A DNA stretch of 64,000 nt from Bacteroidales bacterium (GCA_045545875.1 JAZQBS010000153.1:6530-70529), one strand, 5' to 3'. Shown: positions 16,801 through 26,334, counted from the first letter of the stretch. The notes: a model not told the origin generated them from the sequence alone. Translations and numbers: made by a program.

Positions 16801-19761
16801 ATGAAGATTTATCAATCGTTCCCGTTGGGACGCAGATTGTTACTCCTCTGCTTCATCCTGGTTGGGTGGAGCAGTTGCGTTGTGTCGTATGCGTTCAACA
16901 TCACAGGACGCGTAGCTTCGGCGACTGACGACACACCTTTGGCTGGGGCTACCATTCGACTGCTGACACTTCCTGACTCGACCTTTGTGGTGGGCACTTT
17001 TGCTGACCACAACGGCAATTTCAGCCTACATTCCTCGCGACTGGACGGACTGCTGAAGCCTAGAAGGGCGCAGCAGAAGGTGCTGGTGCATTTTACGTAC
17101 GTGGGATTCCAGGAGACCATGAAGACATTTACGCTGCATCACAGACAGAAGTCGTTCTCGTTGGGTGACGTGTTTATGCAGGAAGAACATCGCCTGCTGG
17201 GCGAGACCGTCATTTCGGCCACCCCTCCCCCAATGGTGATTCGCGAGGACACCATCGAATATTATGCGAGCAGTTACCAGCTGGAGCCTGATGCTACCGC
17301 CGAGGACCTGCTGAAACGCCTGGCGGGCGTAGAGGTGGATGCTGACGGAAGCATCACCGCACAGGGCGAGACGGTGACAAAGGTGTATGTGGACGGGAAG
17401 GAATTCTTCGGTTCGAACATCCAGGCCACGACGAAAAACCTCACCGCCGACATGTTCGAGTCGGTGCAGGTGGTGGACATGAAGACCGAAGAGAGCCGTC
17501 TGACGGGCATCGACAACGGTGAACGCGAGAAGGTGATCAACTTCAAGCTGAAGCCAAGGATGCGACGCGGATACTTCGGCAATGCCGCAGGCGCATGGGG
17601 TGACGGCAGCGGCATCGACGACCGCTTCGAGACAAAAGGCATGCTGGGATACTTCCGTGGCGACAACCAGAACGCGCTGGTGGTGAATGCAAACAACACC
17701 AACAACACGGGCTTCGGCGACATGGGCGAGAAGGTGATGCGCAACTCGTCGATGCGCGGCAACCGAAACAGCGGACGACGCGGCGACGGACTGAACACCT
17801 CGTGGAGCGTAGGCCTGAACCTCAACTACGACAAGGGCAACCGACTGCGTGACGAGAACACACCTTTCGCCATGGGCGGTGACGTGCTCTACGGCGGAGA
17901 GAAACAGAGCGAGAAGTCGTCGTCGCACCGCATCAACTACCTGAAGTCGGGCAACACCGGCACAGACACCGAGCAGACGGGCGACAACAAGGGGCAGAAC
18001 CTGCAACTCGACTTCAAATATGAGAAGACCTGGGGCAAGGTGGCCGACGGCGAACACCGTCTGCAAATCAATCCCGAACTGGCCTTCAACAGGACAGAGA
18101 CCGACGAACATTCGACTAGCCGAAATTATCACCTCGATCCCGATGCCGAGGATGAGATCACGGCAGATCCTTCGACCTACATCAGCCAGACACAGCGTGC
18201 AAGTCACATGAAGCAGCAGGGTGCCAACTACGAACTGTCGCTCACCTACTCGTATGCCAAGAAGACAGAACGTGGCCGCCGACGCAGCAGCATACGCGTC
18301 AGTCTGAACGGAAGACACAACGACGGCGACCATTATACGCAGTCGTTCACCAGCTACGACAGCCTGCTTGTGGGTGACCTGAGCCTCCTGAACGACACCA
18401 CCATCAACCAGTGGCAGGAGGAGCGACAGAACTCGCTGACCTATCGCGTTCGACTCACCCATGTGGAACCCATCGCCGAACATCATATGATCGAGTTGGG
18501 TGCGACGGGCAGTTTCACACGCAACACGCATCGCCAGCTCTACCACTTCTGGGATGAAGAGCTTGGGCGATATGCCGACTCGGTGGACGGACGTTCGAAC
18601 ATCGACTACAGCACCGATTCGCGCACACAGCAGAACAGTTACACGCTGTCGGCCAGCTATCGCTACGTCACCGAACGTGTCAATGCATCACTGGGCATGG
18701 ACCTGCTGCCCAACACGCAGAACTACACCGACCTCTACGACCACAGGCGTGACTACAAGCGTTCGTACATGAACCTTGCTCCACGTGTGGAATACCGCTA
18801 CAACTGGGACCGCAGGAAGAACCTGCGCATCACCCTGAACGGAAGGACGACACAGCCATCGATCAACCAACTGCAGGCACGCAAGAACCAGACGTCGGCC
18901 ACCCATGTGACCTTGGGCAACCAGGACCTGGAACCCTCCTACCAGACCAATATGCAGATACGTTACCGTGCCAACAGCAAGGAGACGGGACGCACGATGG
19001 AGGCTTCGATCAACGCCAGTGCACAGTTCAACACCTTGGCCACCAAACGCTGGTACAGTGCTGACCTTCGCACCGACACGACGATGACGGTGAACCTCGA
19101 CGGACTGGGCGCATGGAACGTGCAGAGCGAATTCAGAGGGTCGTTCCCCTTTGCCGACAACCACTGGTACGTGACCACTCAGACCACCCTTGGCTACCGC
19201 GAGAGCGTGGGATATGCCAACCTGAAAAGCACTGATACGCAGGTGAACCATATACACAACATTACGGCAAGCGAAATGGCGGGTATCGCTTACCGTAACG
19301 AATGGCTCAACGTGGAACTGCACGGGAACTATCAACTGAGTCACAGCGAGGCGACGATCGTCACCTCGGGAAATCTGGGAACGACACACCAGTTCGGTGT
19401 GCGAAGCAACCTCAGCGCCCGTCTGCCCTGGAACCTGAGTTGTTCGACGAGCATTGCATACACAGGACGACGCGGCTATTCGGCAGGCCTGACACGCAAC
19501 CAGACCATCTGGGACGCACAGCTTTCGCGCGCGTTCCTGAAACGCAAGAACCTGTCGGCCTTCGTGAAGGTGTTCGACATCCTGCATCAGAAGACGAGCA
19601 TCTGGCGCTCTATCTCGGCCACGTCGATCACCGACCGTGAGAGCACCATCCTCAAACAATACTTCCTTGTGGGATGCAGCGTGAAGTTCAATCAGCGGGG
19701 CGGTCGTGGAGGTCATGGAGGTGGAGAAGGAAGAGAAGGTAGGGGAAGGCGCGAACGTTAA
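16801..19761 (+). CDS. TonB-dependent-receptor-like outer-membrane beta-barrel protein (carboxypeptidase-regulatory domain + plug-like + OMP_b-brl_3-type barrel) with Gly/Arg-rich C-terminal tail
   Basis: N-terminal ...ITGRVASATDDTPLAGATIRL..., then ...VYVDGKEFFG..., and a long beta-rich C-terminal part. The tail is ...QRGGRGGHGGGEGREGRGRRER. Confidence 0.8.
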   Translation: MKIYQSFPLGRRLLLLCFILVGWSSCVVSYAFNITGRVASATDDTPLAGATIRLLTLPDSTFVVGTFADHNGNFSLHSSRLDGLLKPRRAQQKVLVHFTYVGFQETMKTFTLHHRQKSFSLGDVFMQEEHRLLGETVISATPPPMVIREDTIEYYASSYQLEPDATAEDLLKRLAGVEVDADGSITAQGETVTKVYVDGKEFFGSNIQATTKNLTADMFESVQVVDMKTEESRLTGIDNGEREKVINFKLKPRMRRGYFGNAAGAWGDGSGIDDRFETKGMLGYFRGDNQNALVVNANNTNNTGFGDMGEKVMRNSSMRGNRNSGRRGDGLNTSWSVGLNLNYDKGNRLRDENTPFAMGGDVLYGGEKQSEKSSSHRINYLKSGNTGTDTEQTGDNKGQNLQLDFKYEKTWGKVADGEHRLQINPELAFNRTETDEHSTSRNYHLDPDAEDEITADPSTYISQTQRASHMKQQGANYELSLTYSYAKKTERGRRRSSIRVSLNGRHNDGDHYTQSFTSYDSLLVGDLSLLNDTTINQWQEERQNSLTYRVRLTHVEPIAEHHMIELGATGSFTRNTHRQLYHFWDEELGRYADSVDGRSNIDYSTDSRTQQNSYTLSASYRYVTERVNASLGMDLLPNTQNYTDLYDHRRDYKRSYMNLAPRVEYRYNWDRRKNLRITLNGRTTQPSINQLQARKNQTSATHVTLGNQDLEPSYQTNMQIRYRANSKETGRTMEASINASAQFNTLATKRWYSADLRTDTTMTVNLDGLGAWNVQSEFRGSFPFADNHWYVTTQTTLGYRESVGYANLKSTDTQVNHIHNITASEMAGIAYRNEWLNVELHGNYQLSHSEATIVTSGNLGTTHQFGVRSNLSARLPWNLSCSTSIAYTGRRGYSAGLTRNQTIWDAQLSRAFLKRKNLSAFVKVFDILHQKTSIWRSISATSITDRESTILKQYFLVGCSVKFNQRGGRGGHGGGEGREGRGRRER

Positions 19762-19762
19762 G

Positions 19763-19833
19763 GACCCCCTCAATCCCCCTGCTTAGGGGGAGGACTGGCG
19801 GGTCACGTTTTTTTTATCACGAATTTGAGAATT
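19763..19833 (+). repeat. Interspersed element, copy 2 (GACCCCCTC-AA-TCCCCCT-GCTT-AGGGGGA ... T8-ATCACGAATTTGAGAATT)
   Basis: Begins 1 nt after the stop codon of the 16801 gene and aligns with 7812-7893. Confidence 0.8.
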
Positions 19834-19989
19834 GATAAGTAAGAAAAAAAAACTTTCTGAAAGGTATAGGTGCGAAGCACCATATGCATAGAGTTAGTGC
19901 CAGTCTTCTATGAGAGCAAGATCTCCTAGCTGACTGGCACTAAGTCTATGCGCACATTTACGATGTGTTACACCTTTCAAAAAGAGAGA

Positions 19990-20733
19990 TTATTCTTCGA
20001 GAACCGAAATCTGCATGGTGATGTCGTCGACGGGACGATCACCAGGCTGGGTTTGGACAAGCTGAATCTTATCGACCACATCGAGACCCTCTTCTACTTC
20101 ACCAAAGACGGTGTAGTTCTGATCGAGGAAGGGTGTGCCACCAACGGTGGTATAGACCTCACGCTGCTCGGGAGTGTACTTGGGTTCGCCCTTCTCCTTG
20201 GCCAGGGCCATAGTCTTTTTCTGCAGTTCGTCCTGCAAGGCCATCAGGCCTGCGTTGTCGAGGTTCTTGCGCAACTGGATGATGCGACTGCGATTCTCGA
20301 CCACGAGGTCGTTGAAGATGTTCTGCAACTGCTGCTGAGCCATCTGACGCTCGAGCTGGGTGAGTTTGCCGGCACTGTAGATCTCGCCAGTGACGATGTA
20401 GAACTGGCTACCACTGGAACGCTTCTCGGGATTGACCTCGTCGCCCTGACGGGCAGCAGCGAGGGCTCCCTTCTTATGTATCAGCGACTTGTTGAACTCG
20501 GCAGGGATGGTGTAGTCGGGGCCTCCGGCACCGAGATGTGCAGTGGGAGAAGCTCCACGCGAATCGGGATCGCCACCCTGAACCATAAAGTTCTTGATGA
20601 CACGGTGGAAGAGAGTGCCGTCGTAATAGCCCTCGTGGGCCAACTTGAGGAAATTATCACGATGAAGGGGGGTCTCGTCATAGAGACGAACGGTGATGTC
20701 ACCGAGGGAGGTCTTGATCAGGACTTTGGACAT
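19990..20733 (-). CDS. Cyclophilin-type peptidyl-prolyl cis-trans isomerase with a helical insertion
   Basis: Motifs ...FHRVIKNFMVQGGDP... and ...YTVFGEVEEGLDVVDKI..., with an about 70-aa insert as in the paralogue at 55904-56716. Confidence 0.9.
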   Translation of the reverse strand: MSKVLIKTSLGDITVRLYDETPLHRDNFLKLAHEGYYDGTLFHRVIKNFMVQGGDPDSRGASPTAHLGAGGPDYTIPAEFNKSLIHKKGALAAARQGDEVNPEKRSSGSQFYIVTGEIYSAGKLTQLERQMAQQQLQNIFNDLVVENRSRIIQLRKNLDNAGLMALQDELQKKTMALAKEKGEPKYTPEQREVYTTVGGTPFLDQNYTVFGEVEEGLDVVDKIQLVQTQPGDRPVDDITMQISVLEE

Positions 20734-20964
20734 GGGTTATTTTTTGGGGGAAAGAGGATGAAGAGCAGCCATACACGGCTGCTGACGGGGACAAAGGAGG
20801 GGACAAGGCAGCCAAGGATGGCTGCTGACAAGGACAAAAGGGATGAGGGGGACGGAACGGGGTCAAGAATGGTTGTGCAAACCATTGCATTTGCAACAGT
20901 CAGATGACAAACATATGTTTTTCAACATATTTTTGAGGGAAATATGCAGTTTTTTATGGAAATA

Positions 20965-20996
20965 TTTGCTATAAGGGCAAAAATCGCATATCTTTG
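20965..20996 (+). promoter_or_regulatory. Orphan consensus promoter TTTG-N20-TATCTTTG
   Basis: TTTG at 20965-20968 and TATCTTTG at 20989-20996. There is no plus-strand CDS downstream. Confidence 0.5.
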
Positions 20997-21002
20997 CATC
21001 GT

Positions 21003-21070
21003 GTTTTTCATGGTATTAGATTTTAAGGTTAATGCAAAGGGTCGTTGTGAAACGCCCCTTTCGCATTTTT
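21003..21070 (+). ncRNA. Candidate small RNA (about 68 nt) bounded by the orphan promoter and a hairpin plus T5
   Basis: The hairpin AATGCAAAGGGTCG-N8-CGCCCCTTTCGCATT (21031-21067) runs into a T tract (21066-21070) on the plus strand only. Ends are approximate. Confidence 0.3.
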
Positions 21071-21077
21071 AAACCCT

Positions 21078-22283
21078 TTATTCGTACTCGAAAATACCGT
21101 TCTCGGTGTGGAGAGTGACCTTGGCACCTTCGGGACGAGCTTCGACGTGACCGATGACCTGTGCATCGATATTGAAACTGCGCGCGATGTCGATAACCTC
21201 CTGGGCAAACTGGGCAGGAAGATAGACTTCGAGGCGATGGCCCATATTGAACACCTTGTACATCTCGGACCAGTCGGTAGCCGACTGCTCGTGGATGGTG
21301 CGGAACAATGGAGGAATGGGGAAGAGATTATACTTGATGACATGCAGGTCCTTGATGAAGTGGAGCACCTTGGTCTGTGCGCCACCTGAGCAGTGTACCA
21401 TGCCGTGGAGGATGGAGTTCAAAGAGTTTGAGGGGTTTGAGAGGTGAGAGCGGAAGGCGTCGAGCATCTTCTTGACGACAGGGGCATAGGTGCGCGTGGG
21501 ACTGAGGACTAGCTTGCCGGCATCGAGGGGACTGCCCTCAACGGGGTCGGTGAGATGGAGCCCACCGCTGTAAACGAGGTCCTCGGGCACTGCATGATCG
21601 TAGGACTCGGGATATTTCTGCGCCAGATACTTGGCGAAAACATCATGACGAGCAGAAGTTAGACCGTTGGAGCCCATACCACCGTTGTATTCCTTCTCGT
21701 AGGTGGCTTGACCGAAACTGGCAAGTCCAACGATGACATCGCCTGCTGCGATGTTGGCATTGTTGATGACATCGGAGCGCTTCATACGGCAAGTGACCGT
21801 GGAATCGACGATGATGGTGCGTGCCAAATCGCCGATATCGGCCGTCTCGCCACCTGTTCCATAGACACCGATACCCATCTGACGCAGTTCGGCCATCAGT
21901 TCGTCGTTGCCATTGATGATGGCACTAATGACTTCGCCCGGGATGAGCATCTTGTTGCGACCGATGGTAGAAGAGACGAGGATATTATCGACAGCACCCA
22001 CACAGATGAGGTCGTCGATGTTCATGATGAGAGAGTCCTGAGCGATGCCCTTCCAAACAGAGAGGTCGCCGGTCTCCTTCCAATACATGTAAGCCAATGA
22101 CGTCTTGGTGCCTGCACCATCGGCATGCATGATGTTGCAGTATTCGGGATCGCCTCCGAGGATGTCGGGAATGATTTTGCAGAAAGCCTGAGGATAGAGG
22201 CCCTTGTCGATGTTCTTGATGGCGTTGTGCACATCTTCCTTGCTGGCACTTACGCCACGCATCATATATCTTTGGTCAGCCAT
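21078..22283 (-). CDS. purM: Phosphoribosylformylglycinamidine cyclo-ligase (AIR synthase, PurM family)
   Basis: Motifs ...HADGAGTK... and ...GGETA..., and a PurM-like C-terminal domain. The ATG at 22283 is preferred because the TTG at 22307 lies inside the TATCTTTG -7 box. Confidence 0.8.
   Translation of the reverse strand: MADQRYMMRGVSASKEDVHNAIKNIDKGLYPQAFCKIIPDILGGDPEYCNIMHADGAGTKTSLAYMYWKETGDLSVWKGIAQDSLIMNIDDLICVGAVDNILVSSTIGRNKMLIPGEVISAIINGNDELMAELRQMGIGVYGTGGETADIGDLARTIIVDSTVTCRMKRSDVINNANIAAGDVIVGLASFGQATYEKEYNGGMGSNGLTSARHDVFAKYLAQKYPESYDHAVPEDLVYSGGLHLTDPVEGSPLDAGKLVLSPTRTYAPVVKKMLDAFRSHLSNPSNSLNSILHGMVHCSGGAQTKVLHFIKDLHVIKYNLFPIPPLFRTIHEQSATDWSEMYKVFNMGHRLEVYLPAQFAQEVIDIARSFNIDAQVIGHVEARPEGAKVTLHTENGIFEYE
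21415..21450. repeat. Degenerate 4 x 9-bp array (GAGTTCAAA GAGTTTGAG GGGTTTGAG AGGTGAGAG) in-frame inside purM
   Basis: Same 9-bp unit family as 58470-58530. It encodes ...SHLSNPSNSLNS... on the minus strand. Confidence 0.65.
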
Positions 22284-22365
22284 AGAATTACGTTTTAGCG
22301 GGTGCAAAGATAGTGATAAAAAATGAACTCACCAAATTTTGCCCCCTTTTTCTTACTATTTCCAC

Positions 22366-23949
22366 TTAAAAGCACTGGGCGACGAGGGCATCGGCGCAGT
22401 GACAGCCATCCATAGCCGACGAAACGATGCCGCCTGCATAACCTGCACCTTCGCCACAGGGATAGAGACCGCGCACGGTGGGATGGCAGAACGAAAGCCT
22501 GTCGCGCGGGATGCGGACGGGTGACGAGGTGCGCGTCTCGGTGCCCACAAGCAAAGCTTCGGAAGTGAGGAAACCATGCGCACGACGACCGAAGTAGCGG
22601 AGGCCCTCCTGCATACGTGCACTGATGAACCTAGGCAGCCAGAAGTGCAACGGACTAGCCACGACACCCGGAGTGTAGGACGAAGCAGGGAGGTCGGCCG
22701 ACAAGCGACCATTGACGAAATCGGTCATACGTTGGGCAGGTGCTACCTGTGTGCGTCCACCATTGAGCCAACACTGATGCTCGATGGCCTCCTGAATAGC
22801 CATCATCGCCAAGGGACTACCGGGGTCGATGTCGAGATGGAGCTGGCTGGCGAGAAGCGGGATGTCGTCGACACGAATCTCGGTGACCATAGCCGCATTG
22901 GCCCAACGACCACCACGAGAACTGGCGCTCATACCATTGACGACAACCTGGTTTGAACTCGTAGCCGAAGGAACGATGACTCCACCGGGACACATACAGA
23001 AGCTATAGACACCACGATCGTCGGCCTGCGTGACGAAACTGTATTCGGCAGGAGGCAGGTACTGACCCCTACCCTCCTTGGAATGATACTGGATCTGGTC
23101 GATGAGGGTCTGAGGGTGTTCCAAGCGACAACCGATGGCCAGACCCTTGGCTTCGATGAGAATGCCTTCGTCGTGAAGCATCGTGTAGATATCGCGTGCA
23201 GAATGACCTGTGGCGAGGATGACGGGGCCCAAGAACTCACGTCCATCGAGGGTGGTGACACCAACCACCTTATCGTCGGAAAGGATCAAACGAGATACAA
23301 TGGTCTCGAAATGAATTTCGCCGCCACAAGCTAGAATGGTCTCGCGAATATTCGAGATGATGGAGGGAAGCTTGTCGGTGCCTATATGAGGATGAGAAGC
23401 ATCGAGGATGCCCGTGTCGGCTCCGAACTGGCACAAGCCTTCGAGCACACCCTGCACATTGCCACGCTTTCTGGAACGCGTGAAGAGCTTGCCATCGGAG
23501 AATGCCCCTGCCCCACCTTCGCCAAAGCAATAGTTGGAGTTGGGGTCAACGCGTTGCTCGCGGGTGATGAGGGCGACATCGCGACGACGATCGCTAACAG
23601 GGCGACCACGCTCGATAAGGATGGGACGAACGCCCAGTTCGATGAGCCGAAGGGCCGCGAACAGTCCACCGGGACCCGAGCCGACAACGATGGCCTGATG
23701 GGCATGGGAAGGCAATTCTTTATAAGCGACCTTGTGGAAAGTCTGCTGTGGAGGCTCCTCGTTGATATACAGATCGACGTCGAGCTGCACCATCACCTGA
23801 CGCTGACGTGCGTCGATGCTGGTGTGCTTCATACGCAGGCCGCGCAATGCCTTTCGACTGATGGCAAACTCGCGGCAGATCTGCGCCTCGAGTTGCTCAG
23901 CATCGCGCCATACCTGCGGGAGTACACGTATTTTGATATTCTTGATCAT
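22366..23949 (-). CDS. FAD-dependent oxidoreductase (COG2509-like uncharacterised dehydrogenase)
   Basis: Dinucleotide-binding motif ...IVVGSGPGGLFAAL... The ATG at 23949 overlaps the radA TGA (ATGA). Confidence 0.75.
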   Translation of the reverse strand: MIKNIKIRVLPQVWRDAEQLEAQICREFAISRKALRGLRMKHTSIDARQRQVMVQLDVDLYINEEPPQQTFHKVAYKELPSHAHQAIVVGSGPGGLFAALRLIELGVRPILIERGRPVSDRRRDVALITREQRVDPNSNYCFGEGGAGAFSDGKLFTRSRKRGNVQGVLEGLCQFGADTGILDASHPHIGTDKLPSIISNIRETILACGGEIHFETIVSRLILSDDKVVGVTTLDGREFLGPVILATGHSARDIYTMLHDEGILIEAKGLAIGCRLEHPQTLIDQIQYHSKEGRGQYLPPAEYSFVTQADDRGVYSFCMCPGGVIVPSATSSNQVVVNGMSASSRGGRWANAAMVTEIRVDDIPLLASQLHLDIDPGSPLAMMAIQEAIEHQCWLNGGRTQVAPAQRMTDFVNGRLSADLPASSYTPGVVASPLHFWLPRFISARMQEGLRYFGRRAHGFLTSEALLVGTETRTSSPVRIPRDRLSFCHPTVRGLYPCGEGAGYAGGIVSSAMDGCHCADALVAQCF

Positions 23950-25433
23950 TTGAACAAAAGACGGAAAGCCTCGTCGACACGCGCGACGGGACAAACCTGG
24001 ATCTTGAGCGTCTTTACATCGATGCTCTTGAGTGCAATATTTGGAATGAGAATACGTTCGAAACCAAGTTTCTCGGCCTCACGGATACGTTGCTCCAGGC
24101 GAGCCACAGGGCGTATCTCGCCCGACAGACCCACTTCGCCCGTCATACACGTAAGCGGAGGAAGCGGCATATCCAGGTTGGAAGAAAGGATGGCAGCCAT
24201 CACCGCCAGGTCCATGGCAGGGTCGGACACACGCAGACCGCCGGCAATGTTGAGGAAGACATCCTTCTGCGCCAATTTGAAGCCTACACGCTTCTCGAGG
24301 ACGGCGAGCAGCATGTTGAGACGACGCTGGTCGAAGCCCGTGGTGGAACGCATGGCGGTGGCATAGACGCTGGTGCTGACGAGAGCCTGCGTCTCGATGA
24401 GGAAGGGACGCATACCCTCGATGGCAGCGGCAATGGCGACGCCTGAGAGGTCCTTGTGATCGGAGTTGAGCAGGAGTTCGGAGGGGTTGGTCACCTGTCG
24501 GAGACCCGTGCCGAGCATCTCGTAGATGCCGAGTTCGGAGGTTGATCCGAAACGATTTTTGATGGCACGGAGGATGCGATACATGTAATGCTGGTCGCCT
24601 TCGAACTGGAGGACGGTATCGACGATGTGTTCGAGTACCTTCGGGCCTGCCAAGGAGCCTTCTTTGGTGATGTGACCGATGAGGATGACGGGCGTGCCCG
24701 ACTCCTTGGCAAACTTGAGGATACGGGCGGCACATTCGCGCACCTGACCAACGCTGCCTGCACTCGACTCGAGGTCATCGGTGGCGATGGTCTGGATGGA
24801 GTCGATGACGAGGATGTCGGGCTCGACATTGGCGACGTGGGTGAAGATGGCGTCGAGATTGGTTTCGCAGGCGATGTAGACGGAGTCGAGGGAAGGGGCA
24901 GCCAAAGACGGCTGCGGTGAAAGGTTCGAAAGGTTCGAGGGGTTCGAAAGGTTCGAGGGAAGTGAGGGGTTTGAAGCAAGGCGGGTGGCTCGGAGCTTGA
25001 GCTGGTAGGCGGATTCTTCGCCTGAACAATAGAGGACCTTATGGTCGTGAATGTTCATCACCGTCTGGAGGACGAGGGTGGATTTGCCGATGCCTGGGTC
25101 ACCACCCAGCAGAACCAAGGAACCGGGTACAAGACCACCGCCCAACACACGGTTGAGTTCGTCGTCGTGCATATCGATGCGTTGCTCTTCGCGCGCCTCG
25201 ATTTCGGAGAGACGGCGAGGACGCTCGTTCTGCCCAGGAAGTCCTAATGTTCCCCCATGACTCCACTGCACGCCACCCGACTTGCGGGAAGCCTTGCCAA
25301 TGGCACCCGTTTGGGTATCGACAATCTCTTCGACACAGGTGCCCCATTCGCCACACGACGGACATTTGCCGAACCACTTGGGCTCTTCGCAGCCACAGGA
25401 ACTGCAGAAATAGGCTGTCTTCTTCTTTGCCAT
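23946..25433 (-). CDS. radA: DNA repair protein RadA/Sms
   Basis: N-terminal zinc finger CSSCG...CPSCGEW, Walker A GGDPGIGKST, KNRFG motif, and a Lon-like C-terminal domain. Confidence 0.95.
   Translation of the reverse strand: MAKKKTAYFCSSCGCEEPKWFGKCPSCGEWGTCVEEIVDTQTGAIGKASRKSGGVQWSHGGTLGLPGQNERPRRLSEIEAREEQRIDMHDDELNRVLGGGLVPGSLVLLGGDPGIGKSTLVLQTVMNIHDHKVLYCSGEESAYQLKLRATRLASNPSLPSNLSNPSNLSNLSPQPSLAAPSLDSVYIACETNLDAIFTHVANVEPDILVIDSIQTIATDDLESSAGSVGQVRECAARILKFAKESGTPVILIGHITKEGSLAGPKVLEHIVDTVLQFEGDQHYMYRILRAIKNRFGSTSELGIYEMLGTGLRQVTNPSELLLNSDHKDLSGVAIAAAIEGMRPFLIETQALVSTSVYATAMRSTTGFDQRRLNMLLAVLEKRVGFKLAQKDVFLNIAGGLRVSDPAMDLAVMAAILSSNLDMPLPPLTCMTGEVGLSGEIRPVARLEQRIREAEKLGFERILIPNIALKSIDVKTLKIQVCPVARVDEAFRLLFK
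24923..24976. repeat. 6 x 9-bp array GGTTCGARR (24923, 24932, 24941, 24950, degenerate 24959, 24968) in-frame inside radA
   Basis: Read directly. It encodes ...SNPSLPSNLSNPSNLSNLS..., a segment absent from the E. coli RadA sequence as I remember it. Confidence 0.85.
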
Positions 25434-25541
25434 ATCGACGGAAAAACTATTTACGGTGCAAATATAACGTTTTTTTCAATAACTTGTATCAAAATATGAC
25501 CAAATAACCGCAAAAACCTTGGTCACCTCAGGAAAATAACT

Positions 25542-25549
25542 TATCTTTG
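25542..25549 (+). promoter_or_regulatory. -7 box TATCTTTG upstream of the SDR gene
   Basis: Lies 30 bp upstream of the ATG at 25579. Confidence 0.5.
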
Positions 25550-25578
25550 CAGCGTACATTTCAACAATTTGAAAGCAA

Positions 25579-26334
25579 ATGGAACAAAAACGAGCAATCA
25601 TCATGGGAGCCACTTCGGGTATCGGACTTGCCGTGGCCAAGCGACTCAGTGCGGAAGGATGGCAACTGGGCATTGCCGGACGAAGGATGGATCGGCTCAT
25701 CGAGATGCAACGCAAGGACCTCAACATCGTTGCCATTCAGCAGATCGACGTGACGCGCGAAGAAGCATCGCAGCAACTGCTGACACTCGTCGGCAAGATG
25801 GGCGGAGACATCGACCTCTATTTCCACAGTTCAGGCATCGGTTACCAGAATCCCGAACTCGACCTTGACAAGGAACTCAGGACCGTAGAGACCAATGCTC
25901 TCGGCTTCACCCGCATGGTAGCAACGATGTTCAATTATTATGCCGAAAGGCCTGAGCAGGCAGCTCAGATTGCCGTCATCAGCAGCATCGCAGGCACGAA
26001 AGGACTGGGTGCAGCCCCCTCCTATTCGGCCACCAAGCGCTACGTCAACCACTACCTGGAATGCCTCACCCAACTGAAGCACATCAAAGAGCTCAAGCAT
26101 CTGACCATCACAGATATTCGCCCTGGCTTTGTCAAAACACCACTGCTGAGTGACGGAGGAAATTATCCCCTGCAACTCGAAGTGGACAAGGTAGCCGCAG
26201 AGATTGTGGAGAAAGTCAAGAAGAGGAAACAGATTATCACCGTGGATTGGAAATACAGAATCCTCGTCTTCTTCTGGAAGATGGTGCCTAGGTGGATTTG
26301 GGTGAGGATGCCTGTGGTTTCGAAGAAGGGATAG
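25579..26334 (+). CDS. Short-chain dehydrogenase/reductase (SDR) family oxidoreductase
   Basis: Motifs GATSGIGLA (TGxxxGxG) and YSATK (YxxxK). Confidence 0.9.
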   Translation: MEQKRAIIMGATSGIGLAVAKRLSAEGWQLGIAGRRMDRLIEMQRKDLNIVAIQQIDVTREEASQQLLTLVGKMGGDIDLYFHSSGIGYQNPELDLDKELRTVETNALGFTRMVATMFNYYAERPEQAAQIAVISSIAGTKGLGAAPSYSATKRYVNHYLECLTQLKHIKELKHLTITDIRPGFVKTPLLSDGGNYPLQLEVDKVAAEIVEKVKKRKQIITVDWKYRILVFFWKMVPRWIWVRMPVVSKKG

